From assembly GCF_006345805.1 (NCBI RefSeq), contig NC_043012.1, positions 6,572,001 to 6,636,000 of the forward strand: a stretch of 64,000 nt of DNA, in the 5' to 3' direction. The DNA comes from Octopus sinensis. Its lineage: Eukaryota. A program made the position numbers and the translations under genes. Positions 26,346 to 40,854 of this stretch are shown piece by piece; positions within the stretch are counted from its first letter, which is position 1, and every line of letters starts with the position of its first letter. The notes below the pieces were generated by a model. That model was given only the letters and a program-made list of their open reading frames with translations, was not told the origin of the DNA and ran no database searches.

Positions 26346-28754
26346 AGATAAGACACGGGAGAGGAAGCAGTAAGGGACTTCTGTCAACTTGTTGTTGACT
26401 GCTCCCTAACTAAACTGTCCAGACCATTTAACATCTAAGTATCTGAGATTTTCAAAAATGAAACATAATTATAATCTCCTAATATAATAATGAGTGTAGT
26501 TTTTATATATTTGTACATATATATATATATATACACATGCACATTTGTTCAGAATCACTCTGGATGCAGAGGAGGAGAGAAAATGGTAATTCGGTGAAGG
26601 AGAAGTAGTGAGAGTAATAGCCCTGACTGAGCGGGAGTGAGAGAAAGTAATAGCAATGAGAGAAAGGAAAGGGTGATAGAAGAATAAGGAAGGAAGGGGT
26701 GAAAACAAAATCAGCGTTTCAAATCTGTGTGAGTATATGTGTGTATGTGTGTGCATGTACAAGTGAAGTATGTGAATGTTTGTATGTGTGATTATTATGT
26801 ACCTTGTTTTGTACCTTATTTATATATAAAATACTACAATTAGCCGTCATTATTGACGCCATGGGGCCAGCTATTATTTGACATTTAATAATACAAATGG
26901 ACATTTGACAAATTAGAATGAGTGAGAAACTGGGAACAGCTTTGGGTGCACAAAATGAATGACACTTTTTGTATGATTGTGAAACTCCTTTGCAACTATC
27001 ATACAATTTCAAGATGGGGGACACAAGCAAGCACACACAAATACACACACACACATACACACATCCACATGCTCACACACACACACTCACATACACATAC
27101 ACACACACATACATATACTCACACACATACACACACGTCCACATGCTCATACACACATATACACATACTCACAAATGCATGCACACACGCACACGCCCAC
27201 ATAGTCACACACACATACTTACACACGCATGCACACACACACGTCCACATACACACACATACTCACAAACGCATGCACACACACATGCACACACACACAC
27301 ACCACACACACACACACAAGTAGCTTTTTTGAGCTTCCATATCTCAAATCCACTTGCAAGGCTTTGACTGACCTGGGGCTATAAGAAAAAAAAGCACTTG
27401 CCCAAGGTGCCATAAAGTGAGACTGAACCTAGAACCACATGGTTACAAAGCAAGCTTCTTAACCACACAGCCATCCTGGACTCTGTTTGAAACTTTAACA
27501 GAATCTGAACTCAGACGATGAAGCTTTGAAAATTATTCCCTGCTCATTAGTTATTCTGTCTTCTTTTGAGTTGAATATCTAAAAGGTAAGTCCCATGGTG
27601 ATTAATAACTTTGGTTTGTTGAAGAAATTCCTTTCCCACATGATGGAATGAGTAAATTCGATAGTAAGGTGGGGTGGATTTCATTGATGTATGGAAGAAC
27701 AATATAATTATGAATGTAAAAGTTTGCGTGCATGTATATATCTGTTGCGTGTGTGTGTGTGTATCGACTGATCTCACTGTCTACCCATCTATCTTTCTAC
27801 CTCTCTCTCTCTTATACATACATACATATATACATACATACATACATACATATACATGTGCCTATATACAAACACACATATACATACACAAGCATACATC
27901 AAATTCTCTTGATATCTCGAAGATTCCAAGATATCGCATGATATAATTCATCAAAGTCAGGAATATGACTTTGATCAATGCAACACTGGTGTATATCATT
28001 GTTATGTGCTTCTACTGCTATGATATAATATATACATCTCGTAGTTTCATTGATATATTGCAGAATAAAAACGAAATTGGCACAGAACCAGCATACTATT
28101 GTTACAACATGCTTAGCTGTTTACAGTAAATATGAACCCAGCATATAACCAACTGCTTATCTATCGTATCTTCCGGCATCGAGGACACTGTTTTATTTAT
28201 TTATTAATTTATTAATTTTTTTTCCCCCTCAAAAAATACATATTGGAAATTTACTGTGTCCTACAGGATGAAGGTTATATTGTTCTTCAACCAATTTTAA
28301 CCCCAAAGGAGTATTATCTATGCTAAATTTAATGTTTATCCATACTGCAAAAGCAAAAGATAACATGCAGACTGTATGTGATCAATAAGATCTATATGCC
28401 ATTAAGCTTGCTAAACCATAAATGAAGAATCTTGGTTAAAGTATGTGAACGTTTTGAGATTTTGTCATTATTTTTGTTTCTCTTTTTTTTAAAAAAAAAT
28501 TTCTGAATAAAAATGAGGATGTGTCTTCGATAGAGAAATGTCCTTGATGCTGGAAAATACAGTAAGGATAAAAATTGTGGAAATAAGATGGAGTAGCTGG
28601 AATGCTTTTGATCCTAGGTTGACCTGGGGTTAAACAGTAACCAGAACAAACAACAACATGCTTCACACATACTTCATGGTTGAACGGTTCACTATAGGTG
28701 TGGTGTACCAATGAAAAAAGAAAAAAACACTCAACCATGGCTGTGTGGTAAGTA

Positions 28755-30011
28755 TTAGGTTGTCAAGAAAGTTCTTGCGGAATTTTAAAATTTTGGTTTT
28801 AAATGATGTATTTTCAATAACTTTGACTTTATATATTATTTTAAAGCCTGTTTTTCGCTCTATCTAACCATGTTACTCTTTCTCTTTTTGAATAATCAGG
28901 CCACTTTTTCCGAAACGTTGAATACAACATGGACAAAAAGCAAATTCGCACAATTTTCTTATTCCAGTTCAAGCTGCTGAAACAGCTCGCAATATAAATG
29001 ATGCGTTTGGCCCAGGAACCATTAATGAATGTACAGCACAATGGTGGTTCAAGAAATTTCGTAGCGGTGTCAAGTGTCTTGAAGATGATAAGCGTAGTGG
29101 TCAGCCATCGGATGTTGACAACGATCAACTAAGAGCCTTAGTCGAAGCCAATCCATGCACAACTGTTTGAGAGCTTGCTTCTGAATTAGACGTAATGTAT
29201 ACGACAATTTCCGACCACTTGAAAGAGGTAGGAAAAACAAAAGTACTTGAGAAATGGGTGCTGCATGAATTGAACAGCAACAAAGAAAAACACCATTTTG
29301 AAGTGTCAGCTTCCCTTCTTTTATGCAACAAGAATGACCCATTTCTTGACCGGATTGTGACTTGCGATGAAAAGTGGCTTCTTTACGATAACTGGCAATG
29401 CTCAGCTCAGTGTTTGGACACTGATGACATTCCACGCCATTTCTTGAAGCCAAAGTTGCACCAAAAGAAGGTCATGGTGACTATTTGGTGGTCTGCGGCC
29501 GGTCTCATCCATCACAACTTTTTGAATCCAGGCAAAACCATTATGGCAGAGAAGTACTGTCAGCAAATGGATGAAATGCATAAGAAACTCCAACAACAAC
29601 AGCCAGCATTGGGCAATAGAAAAGGACCAATTCTTCTCCACGACAACGCTCGGCTGCACATCGCACAACTGACTCTGCAGAAGTTGAACGAATTGGGCTA
29701 CGATATTCTGCCTCATCCGCCATACTCACCAGACCTCTCGCCTACTGACTACCACTTTTTCAAGCATCTCGACAACTTCCTGCATGAGAAATGCTTCAAA
29801 AACCAAGACGATGCCAAACACGCCTTCAAAGACTTCATCGCCACCAGAACGCAGGATTTTTACGCTACTGGCATAAATAAACTTGTTTCACGTTGGCAAA
29901 AGTGTGTTGATTCTGATGGTGTTTATTTCAATTAATAAAGTTTTGTTTGAGCCGAGATATGTGCATCTGAATTTAAAGGTTAAAACCGCAAGAACTTTCT
30001 TGACAACCTAA
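28755..30011 (+). mobile_element. Full-length mariner transposon (Hsmar1/cecropia-like), inactivated
   Basis: Perfect 26-bp TIRs (TTAGGTTGTCAAGAAAGTTCTTGCGG at 28755-28780 and 29986-30011) with TA on both sides (28753-54, 30012-13). Length 1257 bp. It splits a SINE head (...GTGTGGTAAG-TA / TA-GCTTGCTTCCCAACC...). Confidence 0.95.
28929..29935 (+). pseudogene. Mariner D,D34D transposase pseudogene
   Basis: Starts MDKKQIRTIFLFQFKL, then a frameshift near 28975 and an in-frame TGA near 29168. Downstream it is intact, with TCDEKW, HDNAR and HPPYSPDLSPTDYHFF; it closely parallels the Hsmar1 transposase as I recall it. Confidence 0.9.
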
Positions 30012-30879
30012 TAGCTTGCTTCCCAACCACAACCACATGGTTATAGGTTCAGTCCCACTGCATGGTACCATGGACAAGTGTCATCTACTATAGCCTTGGG
30101 CCAACCAAAGCTTTGTGAGTAGATTTAGTAAATGGAAACTAAAAGAAGCTTATCATGTACATACATACATACATACATACATACGTACATACGTACATAC
30201 GTACATACGTACATACGTACATACATACATACATACATACATACATACATACATACATACATACATACTGGAATAATGATAGCATTCTTATTCACTAGAT
30301 CTTCAAACATCAGTTTATTAAATGTCTAAATGTTTGAGAAGAGTCAGGGTTAATAAGATGACAATTTCTTGAGCTATCAACATCATCTTGAAATACGTAA
30401 AAATGCTTTAATATTTAAGCCTTTGAAGCTTATTTCCCCTCAGGACATGTTGACAGGATATGAAGGCAGCTGGACACATCAGCTGATAGATAATGAAACA
30501 CCTTGCCTGCTTTTACAATCACCTTGTTGTTGACATAGTGGCAAGTTCTATCAAGGAAACTCAGACATAGGTACAATATACAAAACTATGAATGGTTAAG
30601 AAGTCTGCTACTATATGTAGACTGGAGTCAACCAAAGCTTTGCAAACAGATTTCGTAGATGGAAGCTGAAGAAACCCATCATGTGTGCATGTATGTGTAT
30701 GCGTGTGTGTGCTAAGAAGTTCACTTTCCAATTACGTGGTTCTGGGTTCAGTCTTGGTGTGGGTCACTTTGGACAAGTGTCTTCCACTATAGCCTTTGGT
30801 TGATCCATGCCTTGTAAGTGGATTTGGCAGACAGAAACTGAAAGAAGCTCATTGCGTATATATATATACATATGTGTGT

Positions 30880-30918
<39 letters not shown>

Positions 30919-31383
30919 TTGTGTCTGTGTGTATCCCACACCATTGCTTGACAACTAGTGTTGTGTTTATGTCTCCGTGACTCAGCTGTTCGAATGAATA
31001 AGAACCAGGCTAAAAGATTTATAAGTATTGGGTGGATTTGTTTGATTAAAATGCTTCACACAATTACACACACACATGTATACACACACACACACACCAC
31101 ACACACACATATATATATATATACGTATGTATGTGTGTGTGTGTATATATATATATCTATATATATATATATTTATATATATATATATATAAGCATTACA
31201 CACAATTATGCACACACACACACACATATATTTTATCTATCTATCTAGCTATACATATATATATGCATATATATGTATATACATATATATATATATATAT
31301 TTATACACATGCATGCATATATATCTATATACATATATGTGACCATGCATATCCACATATGCACAAATACGTGTGTGTGTTTA

Positions 31384-31428
<45 letters not shown>

Positions 31429-33386
31429 GAAATGCAAGAAAATAAAAATCTAATAAATGCCATCTTTGGAAAATAGATGGAATACAATCTCATAAAATGC
31501 AAACAAAACTGATGATCAGTATTTGAAACCATGACTACAGAATTATTATTCCAGTACCATTAACAATATTAGGTTTTTTCTCTTTTTTTTTTGCTTCTTT
31601 AATCTGAAGAATAAGTTAGAAACAAAATCTCTTTCAAAAGTAATCTGGTTGTTGTCTTCTGTCTTGTTTATAAGAAAAATATTTTAAGTATGACAGAATG
31701 TCTATAAAAGCCAAATTTTAAAGATCCACTATTTGGATTTGGTTCGTTCTGTTGTTCCATTGTTGTTGTACTTTACAAGCATTCACTGATCTCCAGACCA
31801 ATGTTCTGTTAGAACATATTTTAAAGTATTTGGCTGGATATGAAGACACAGAAAGACTAAAATACATGGCGTCATAGAAAACATATTCTTTCCTCTTCCC
31901 CCCCCCACTGTGTCTAGAGTAATATCTAAAGTCAATAATTAAACTTTATTGCAGCAATTTCCTATGTTTTATTTAGTCAAGGGAATGTTTTTCATTTACC
32001 ATTCATTCATCTATTTTTCTAGAAAATTTACTAATAAAGCCTCTTACTAAACCATAGATAAGAAATGACTAAAAGTCTCTACATTTAATGTCAATGTAAT
32101 ATGATTATAACATGAAATTTGATTACCAATTTTAGCATCATCATGTGATATCACTTGTATTTATTATTATTATTATTATTATTATTGTTATTCTTCTTCT
32201 TCTTCGTATTATTATTATTAATTATTATTTTTATTATTATCTCATTATTTTCATTCAATGCAGGATAAGGAAAAGATAATTCTTGCTGAAAATTATAATA
32301 GATTGTACATTGATTGCGTATCATAGGACTTAATTCTTATCTGTTGCAGAAATAGCCATCTTGACAAGCTTTTTTTTAATGCTAAAAATGGTCAAAATAG
32401 TTTTAACCCCCGCCCCCTCCACCAAAAAAAAAAAAACAATGACACAAGCATTAGATAAAAGATGGTACCATTCTTGATAATTTAACCATAATTTTATTGT
32501 GTTTACTTGTTTCAACTGTATTGAGCAATAAAATGCTTATATTAATGACAAAAATAAAACACGACAAAAAGAAAAACAAAACTAAAAAAATAGAATTGCT
32601 ATCTAAGGCAATGAATGATGAAATCTAATTTTTCAAATTGCATTTTCTTTTTTTGTATTTTTCCATAAAAATATGGAAAACAAATTAAAGAATTCTAAGT
32701 AGCATCTTTAATTGATTTCAAGTATAATTTAGAATATTTGTGGGACTTCTTCTAGTGGTGATTGCAGACAAAAGCACTGGAAACGAGGCAGTATTGATTA
32801 AACTCTAAACAAATATATTGCAATGCTCCATCTTAATTTGAATTGTAATTTATTGTAATCATTGCAAAACAATTAAGAAAAAAAGGGAAGAAATTAAAAC
32901 AAAAATCAAAACTTTGGAAGGGAGTTACATCATTGTTTTAGGGGTTAGTGTCTAAAGAGCTCCTTAAAAATAAGGAATTCCTTAATCAAAAGAAGGAATT
33001 TGTAAATTTATTATTACACAACATAAATAGATTGAACAGTAAATAAATAAAGGATTTCCTATGACCGAGTGGTTAAGAAGCTTGCTTTGCAATCCTGTGG
33101 TTTCAAGTTCAGTTCCACTGCATGACACCCTGGGTAAGTGTTTTCTACTATAGCCCTGGGCCAAACAATGCTTTGTGAGAGAATCTTGTAGATGGAAGCT
33201 GCGTGCAAACCAGGAAACAAGTTATATATAGAAATCTCTCTCTCTCTATATATATATTTTCTCATACAAAATGGAGATGAGACCAATGTTCCCATGTGGC
33301 AGCCTTGAAAATTGTCATGGGATTTCTCTTCACATGAAACCATTAATAGCCTTGTTAACTCACAAATATAAAAAAGTATACATATT

Positions 33387-33439
<53 letters not shown>

Positions 33440-33442
<3 letters not shown>

Positions 33443-33765
33443 GACTGGCCTCATGCCGGTGGCACATAAAAAGCACCATCCAATCGTGGCCATTGCCAGC
33501 CTCGCCTGACCCCCGTGCCAGTGGCACGTAAAAAGCACCATCCGATTGTGGCCGTTTGCTAGCCTCGTCTGGCACCTGTGCCGGTGGCACGTAAAAAGCA
33601 CCCACTACACTCACGGAGTGGTTGGCGTTAGGAAGGGCATCCAGCCGTAGAAACATTGCCAGATCAGACTGGGCCTGGTGCAGCCTTCTGGCTTCCCAGA
33701 CCCCAGTTGAACCGTCCAACCCATGCTAGCATGGAAAGCAGACGCTAAACGATGATGATGATGAT
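33440..33765 (+). repeat. RTE 3'UTR-only copy
   Basis: Near-identical to the terminal ~300 bp of the LINE at 63.6-63.9 kb. Confidence 0.88.
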
Positions 33766-34053
33766 ATATATCATCATCATAACCATCATCATCATCAATA
33801 TCATCATCATTTCACTGAGGCATGTTGAGCCTCACGGAAGCAATGATGAAAGACTGAGACCTTTGGCAACATCCCATGCTTGAGAAGACTCATCAAGCCA
33901 AGTGGCATGTAAAAACAAGAAAAAAATGACACTCCAGCTATGAGCCTCCTGTCTTTCGTATATCTAGACTTACTCAGTCCAGTATGCCTGATCCTTCTTG
34001 TATAGGCTAGTAAGGATTGATTAAAAAAATATTTGATGGACAACCGTCCAGAT

Positions 34054-34577
34054 GAATAGTTCTCAACCATTTTTATTCTATGAAACCCTTTAGTTACCAT
34101 CTTATTCTGGTGGAACACTGCCAGGAAAACCAACAACAAGATTGAAGAATTGGACGGTGTGGAAATTCTGCTGCATCCACTCTATAGTCCAGACGTTACT
34201 CCATCTGACTACGGTCTCTTCTGATCAATGCAGCATCTTATGAAAGGTCACCGATTCGAGTTATTCGATGAAGTTGAAGAATCCTGTCAAGAATTTTTCA
34301 ATTCAAAGCTGAAGGATTGGTACTTTGATCAAATCCAAAAGCTTGCAGATTGTTGGCAGAAGGTCATGGAAAATGATGGCCTTATTTTGAAGAATAGTTG
34401 TTGTTGCTTTTGAATAAATTCTTGCATAAAAAAATCATTATTTTAACATGGCACACAAGCTTTTTCCTCAACTTGATATTAATCTGGCTCGCCAGTTTAC
34501 TCCTTTGCTTTTATGAACCCCACAAAAATCTTATGTGGACCTCCAGGGACCACTTAGACCCTGGTTGAGAACCACTG
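34054..34577. mobile_element. hAT-type MITE interrupted by the mariner fragment
   Basis: Ends ...TAGTTCTCAACC / GGTTGAGAACCACTG. Degenerate 8-bp flanks gtccagat / atctagat. Confidence 0.6.
34140..34478 (+). mobile_element. Mariner transposase 3' fragment (second, older family)
   Basis: EILLHPLYSPDVTPSDYGLF*SMQHLMKG...IQKLADCWQKVMENDG matches the mariner C-terminus. It lies inside a hAT-type MITE. Confidence 0.8.
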
Positions 34578-35036
34578 ATCTAGATGCACAGTTTGTGGTT
34601 GGTGTTATTTGTTGATGGTTGTTAGTTGCAGCGTGTTTGGTGGCGATGAAGAGAGTGATTAGACGGTCCGCCTAGGAAGATTAAAAAGTCAGTAGTTGAT
34701 ATTATACTACACACACACACACACACATACACATGTACGCATACATACATATATCATATATCATATATATATATACATGCACACATGTATGTAATGTATG
34801 TATATATGTATGATATCCTTGAACAGAACTAGGTGGATGAGAATCTCTCCTGATTGTTATATTGCCATAGATCATGCAGGATATATTATATGCACCAATG
34901 TAAAGTAAATGTTAAACCAATTCGGTATTTTTAGAATATTTCTCATTTTACAAAATCACATGATACACACACACATGTGTGTATATGTGTGTGTATGTCC
35001 ATGTATATATGTATATATATATATATATATACATAT

Positions 35037-35087
<51 letters not shown>

Positions 35088-36999
35088 TGTATATATATAC
35101 ACACACACATATATATAAATATATGTATATCCATAAAGATATATATATATATGCGTGTGTGTATACATGTGAATGTGTGTGTGCATACATGTGAATGTTA
35201 GTATGTATTATTTACATATGTGTCAGTGTGTGTGTGTATGTTTATGCATATGTGTGTGTACATGAATGCACATACCTACACATACACATACATATATATA
35301 TATATATATACATGCATACTCACACACATACACAGACACATACATCATACACACACATACACATACACGTACATAGACACGCATAGATATTTAAATTCAT
35401 TCTATGAATATTAATGAATGTACCCGACAAGAAGTACACTTATGGAAAACACTGTACTGAATTGCAGATTTCACTTCACTGAAATACTAACAAATACAAA
35501 ACACAAAAAAAAAAACAACCCAAAATGGAAAAACCAAAAAAAAAATCAAAAACAAAACAAAACCCAAACCAAAAAGACAACAAATGTGTAGTACAGTATT
35601 GCTTTTGCAGAGAGAAGCCAAGGGTTAAAGGGTGGAGAACAGATTTTTGCAAGTTTTGTTGCTTAAATTAATCATTATTTTTTTATTCATTTACTTTTTC
35701 TTGTTATTTTCCTTCTATACTAAACTGACATAAGTTATGACAGATCTTGGTACATTCAAGAGCGAATCTATTCCACAGACGTGTTATTTCTGTTTTTATC
35801 ATCTCATAACACGTGAATTTACAATTATCATTTAATTGTCTGCATATAAATATCCAACCCAAACAGGGTGGATCTGTTGCTGTGCATGTCACATCACCTT
35901 TCTCAAAGAAGAGCACAACATTTTCAGAATGACACAAAGAAGAGAAGAAAAAAAATCAGAAAAAAATATTTTGAAACAAAACCAGAAATAATTGCACTTC
36001 CCAGTTATGTTTGTTTTTGCAAATAGCTTTGTCTATGTGAAGCTATTTAGAGCATGCTTATTAAGTGGGGTGTATAACCTGTGTAGGGTTGTTGTTGATG
36101 TTCTGTCCATTTTCACTTCTGATCCAACACACACATCTTGTCAAAGGTATTTCAGCTGTGAACCTCATTTTTTTCCCCTTTCTTTTCAGTGAATATCAAC
36201 ACAAATATGACTGCATAGTTAAGAAGATCACTTCATAAGCACGTGTTTTCTGGTTCAGTTTCAGTGTGCAGCACCTTAGACAAGCATATCCTCTACAAAA
36301 GCCTCAAGCCAACCAATACTTTGTGGGTGAATTTGATAGATGAAAACTCTGTGTGTGTGTGTGTGTGTGTGTATATCATCATCATCATCGTCACCGTCAT
36401 CGTCGTCATCATCATCATCATCATCATCATCAACATCATCATCATCGTTTAACGTCCATTTTTCCATGCTGGCATGGGTTGGACGGTTTGACTGGGGACT
36501 GGAAAGCCAGTAGGTTGCACCAAGCTCCAATCTGATCTGGGAAGGTTGCCCTTCCTAATGCCAACCATTCTGAGGGTGTAGTGTGTTCTTTTTATGTGCT
36601 ACCAGCATGGGAGCCAGTCAGGCAGCATTGGCATTGACCTATGCTTGAATGGTGTTTATTACGTGCCACTGGTATGGGTGTCACTCCGGCAGCACTGGCA
36701 TCAACCCACACTTGAATGATACTTATTACGTGCCACTGGCACAGGTGCCAGTATGGCGGCACTGGTATTGGCCACAACTACAATTTCCCATTTTGATTTC
36801 GATCTTGATTTGCTTTGATTTTGATCTTTGATTTCACTTGACTCCATAGGTCTTCTCAAGCACAGCATATCACCCAGTGATTCAAGGGTACTTTTAAATG
36901 AGCTGATTATGTGACACTGGTATAGGCCATAGCTGTGATCTCACTTTACTTGCCGGGTCTTTTTTTTTTGTTCAAATTTGTGTAAATGTGTATAGAATA

Positions 37000-37303
37000 A
37001 TATATCAGTTGAATAGATTTACAGCATGGTCTGGTTTTCACGCTTTTTATTAATGTATTTAAAAAAAAAAATTTTTATAATGTTGAAGTGTGTTAAACAT
37101 TAAAAAAAATATTTTGTAATGTTCATAAAGTTCAATTAGCACTTTTGTACTATGAAATTATGAAAGCCCTAATTTTATGAACATTACAAAATATTTTTCT
37201 AATGCTTAACACACTTCAACATTGTAAAATAATTTTTTTTTAAATACAATAAAAAAAAAACATATTAACCAGGGTATGATGTAACTTTATTCAACTGATA
37301 TAT
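37000..37303. mobile_element. Fold-back (hairpin) MITE with ~130-bp arms
   Basis: Arms 37000-37129 and 37174-37303 are reverse complements with scattered mismatches, around a 44-nt loop. Termini TCAGTTGAA / TTCAACTGA sit in TA-rich flanks. Confidence 0.8.
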
Positions 37304-37501
37304 ATATATATATACATATATCATCATCATCATCGTTTAGCGTCCGTTTTCCATGCTAGCATGGGTTGGACGGTTCTACTGGGGTCTGTGAAGCCAGAAG
37401 GCTTCATCAGGCCCAGTCAAATCTGGCAGTGTTTCTACGGCTGGATGCCCTTCCTAACGCCAACCACTCCGTGAGTGTAGTGGGTGCTTTTTACGTGGGT
37501 G

Positions 37502-37552
<51 letters not shown>

Positions 37553-37554
37553 TC

Positions 37555-37775
37555 TCTTTATTTGTTTCTGCCATTTGACTGTGGCCATGCCGGAGCACTG
37601 CCTTTAGTCAATCGAATAAATCAACCCCAGGACTTATTCTTTGTAAGCCTAGTACTTATTCTATCGATCTCTTTTGCCGAACTGCTAAGTTACAGGGACG
37701 TAAACACACCAACATCAGTTGTCAAGAGATGTTGGGGGGACAAACACAGACACACAAACATATACACACATACAC

Positions 37776-37814
<39 letters not shown>

Positions 37815-37985
37815 ATATATATATATATATACACACACACATATATACGACAGGCTTCTTTCAGTTTCCCTCTACCAAATCCACTCACATGGCTTTGGTC
37901 GGCCTGAGGATATAGTAGAAGACACTTGCCCAAGGTTCCACGCAGTGGGACTGAACCCGGAACCAAGCAAGCTACTTACCCCAGC
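37555..37985 (-). mobile_element. Dominant SINE copy
   Basis: Tail, microsatellite and head match the consensus seen elsewhere in the window. Confidence 0.8.
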
Positions 37986-38039
37986 CTCTCCAGCATTATT
38001 GATGCCATGTGATGCCCTTATATGGCTTTTAAGCTCAGC

Positions 38040-38250
38040 CAAAATTTTACACATTTTATTACGTACTGCACAGCTGTGCTGGCTGGCAGGAGAAACAGGT
38101 GCCATCGTATGCATTCTCTGAACACGTCTCTTCAGACCTCCAACTGAGAGGCACACCCTTCCACATTTTGTTGTGAATTGTAATAGCCACATCACTGTCA
38201 GATCTTTGATGGCTGATCAGGCCTGCACGACTCACAAACCACACTCACAA
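38040..38250 (-). mobile_element. RTE-type C-terminal zinc-finger remnant
   Basis: Two frames give VSRAGLISHQRS and KCGRVCLSVGGLKR, resembling the C-x2-C...GL-x-x-H tail also seen at 49.6 kb. Confidence 0.5.
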
Positions 38251-39855
38251 AAAGCAATACTCTCTCACTCTTCACAGGTTCCCTTCTTCTAAGCCCCCCG
38301 CTTCCTAATATATATATATATATATATATCATCATCATCATCATCATCATCGTTTAATGTCCGTTTTCCGTGCCAGCACAGGTTGGACGGTTCGACAGGG
38401 GTCTGGGAAGCAAGGAGGCTGCACCAGGCTTCAGTCTGATCTGATAGTGTTTCTACAGCTGGATGCCCTTCCTAACGCCAACCACTCCGTGAGTGTAGTG
38501 GGTGCTTTTTATGTGCCACTGGCATAGGTTTCAGGGGAGGCTGGCAGCAGCCATGATCGGTTGGTTCTTTTTTCTGTGCCACCGGCACAGAAGCCAGTCA
38601 AGGCAGCGCTGGCATCGGCCACATTCAGATGGTCCTTTTTACGTACCACTGGCACAGGTATATATCATCATCATCATCGTCATCATCATCATTGGTGACT
38701 AGTACATCCTGAAAGTTTATTTCCTTTGGCACACAGCATATTTTTATAGTTATGACGAACTACACATCTTTCAACTGAACAGAGTATGAACAGTTGCATA
38801 TGCAACCAGGCATAACTTTTTCTGCACAGCTTTATTCAGGATCTAGTGCCATGGTTCAAGTTAGCCAAAGGAAAGCTTTGATTTTATTTCTTGTAGAGCA
38901 TGGATTAGAATATCATGTGATTGTTCGGAACTGAGTTGTAGATGATTCAAAATATTTTAACAGCTATTTTGATTACTGATGAGATAAAAGACATCAATCA
39001 TGAAATGATGTTCAAAATGGAGCCTTTATACTGTGACATGTTCATTTTGACTGAGAGTCATTGGTTGTAACTACTGTTATTGTGTTTATAGGATTGTGAA
39101 CTATTTCAAACAACTTTATAGTCTCTAACATTGCTATTTTGCTAAAACAATGTTGATGGTGATTAAATCATTTTTTAAACATATTTTTAGTTAGCCTGAT
39201 ATAATCCCCCCCAAAATAAATTGTCAGTTGTTAAAGCTTGTGCACAATAGACTATTGATTTTGAAATTTATGAATTATTCAATGAACAACATAGAGTGTT
39301 TAAGACAGTTATATATTATATATTAATATAATCATTATTTCTAGCTGCAGATACAAATAGAGTGAAATATTTTTTAAAGATTGTTAGTAACTTCTAAATT
39401 TCCTTTGAGGCTCAACTAGGAAACTGAATAACACACGCACACACACATGCACACACACACACACACACAGATGAATGTATATAATAAAAATATACATAAC
39501 AATATATAAAATCAAAAACTATTACTAACACCTGATTAACAAAACTTCCTTATAATTTGGGTAAACTATGTTTTTAAATCAACATGACTTTCTTTAATTC
39601 AATTAAAATATGTATACATTTAATAGTGTTTATGCTAATGAAACAGCTGTTGAATCCGCTTAAAGTATGAACTATATGTGAAATTTATGCCCTTCCATAT
39701 TTATTCTAAACATGTTGCTCTTAAAGATCATTTTAGTAGATTATACATAAGCATGCAAGTCAGTCCCACTTGGACTTACTTCAATGTAATTACCTGTCAG
39801 AGTTTGATGATCCATTAATTACCTTGAATATATTCTTTGATGTTTATACATCAAT

Positions 39856-39891
<36 letters not shown>

Positions 39892-39980
39892 CATATATAT
39901 ATATATATTATCATATATATGTATATACATATATATTTATATATATACACATACATACATACACACACACACACACCACA

Positions 39981-40012
<32 letters not shown>

Positions 40013-40512
40013 CTGTTCATATGATCTTACAACACTTCCTATGTTGCACGTCAGTGCTTCTACACAAGTATGCATATGAGATTACAGTTGTTCTTCAGCA
40101 CTAAATCGACCCTGACCTAGAAGACTTGTGTCTAACAATATCCCAGACTTTATAATCACATCGTTTCTTTTTGCAGGCATTTTGTATTCCTGCCTACATT
40201 AATCAATGTGTATGTTGTTATTGCTTTCAAGACAGATTTAGCTACTATTTCTAACAGGTTCTTTATCTTGTATGCATCTGTGTGTTTAGAGAGGTACATG
40301 TGTATGTGTATGGTTTTGCACTAATTTTCCTATGTATGTTGTGTATATATTTGAGTGTGTATTGAACAAGATTGTTGATTGTTATTTAAACACGTAAAGA
40401 ACATATTGCTAGAAATTAATTGAAGGGAAAAAAGCAAAACAACCATTTCCCCTCCCACATATATGTATGTGTATGTATATAATATATATATATATATGTA
40501 TGTATGTATGTA

Positions 40513-40548
<36 letters not shown>

Positions 40549-40564
40549 TGTATGTATGTATATA

Positions 40565-40597
<33 letters not shown>

Positions 40598-40601
40598 TAT
40601 C

Positions 40602-40664
<63 letters not shown>

Positions 40665-40779
40665 CACATATATATATGTGCACATGTGTGTGTATCTCTG
40701 TGTGTTATGTGTGTGTATATATATATACACACACACATATTCACTCATATATAGGTATATGCATATATATATGTATATG

Positions 40780-40819
<40 letters not shown>

Positions 40820-40823
40820 TTAC

Positions 40824-40854
<31 letters not shown>

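Noticed and set aside
35704-35937. Minus-strand ORF with KGDVTCTATDPP, reminiscent of an Ig F strand and linker
   Set aside because: There is no B-strand Cys or C-strand Trp pattern, no convincing donor, and the frame ends in a stop.
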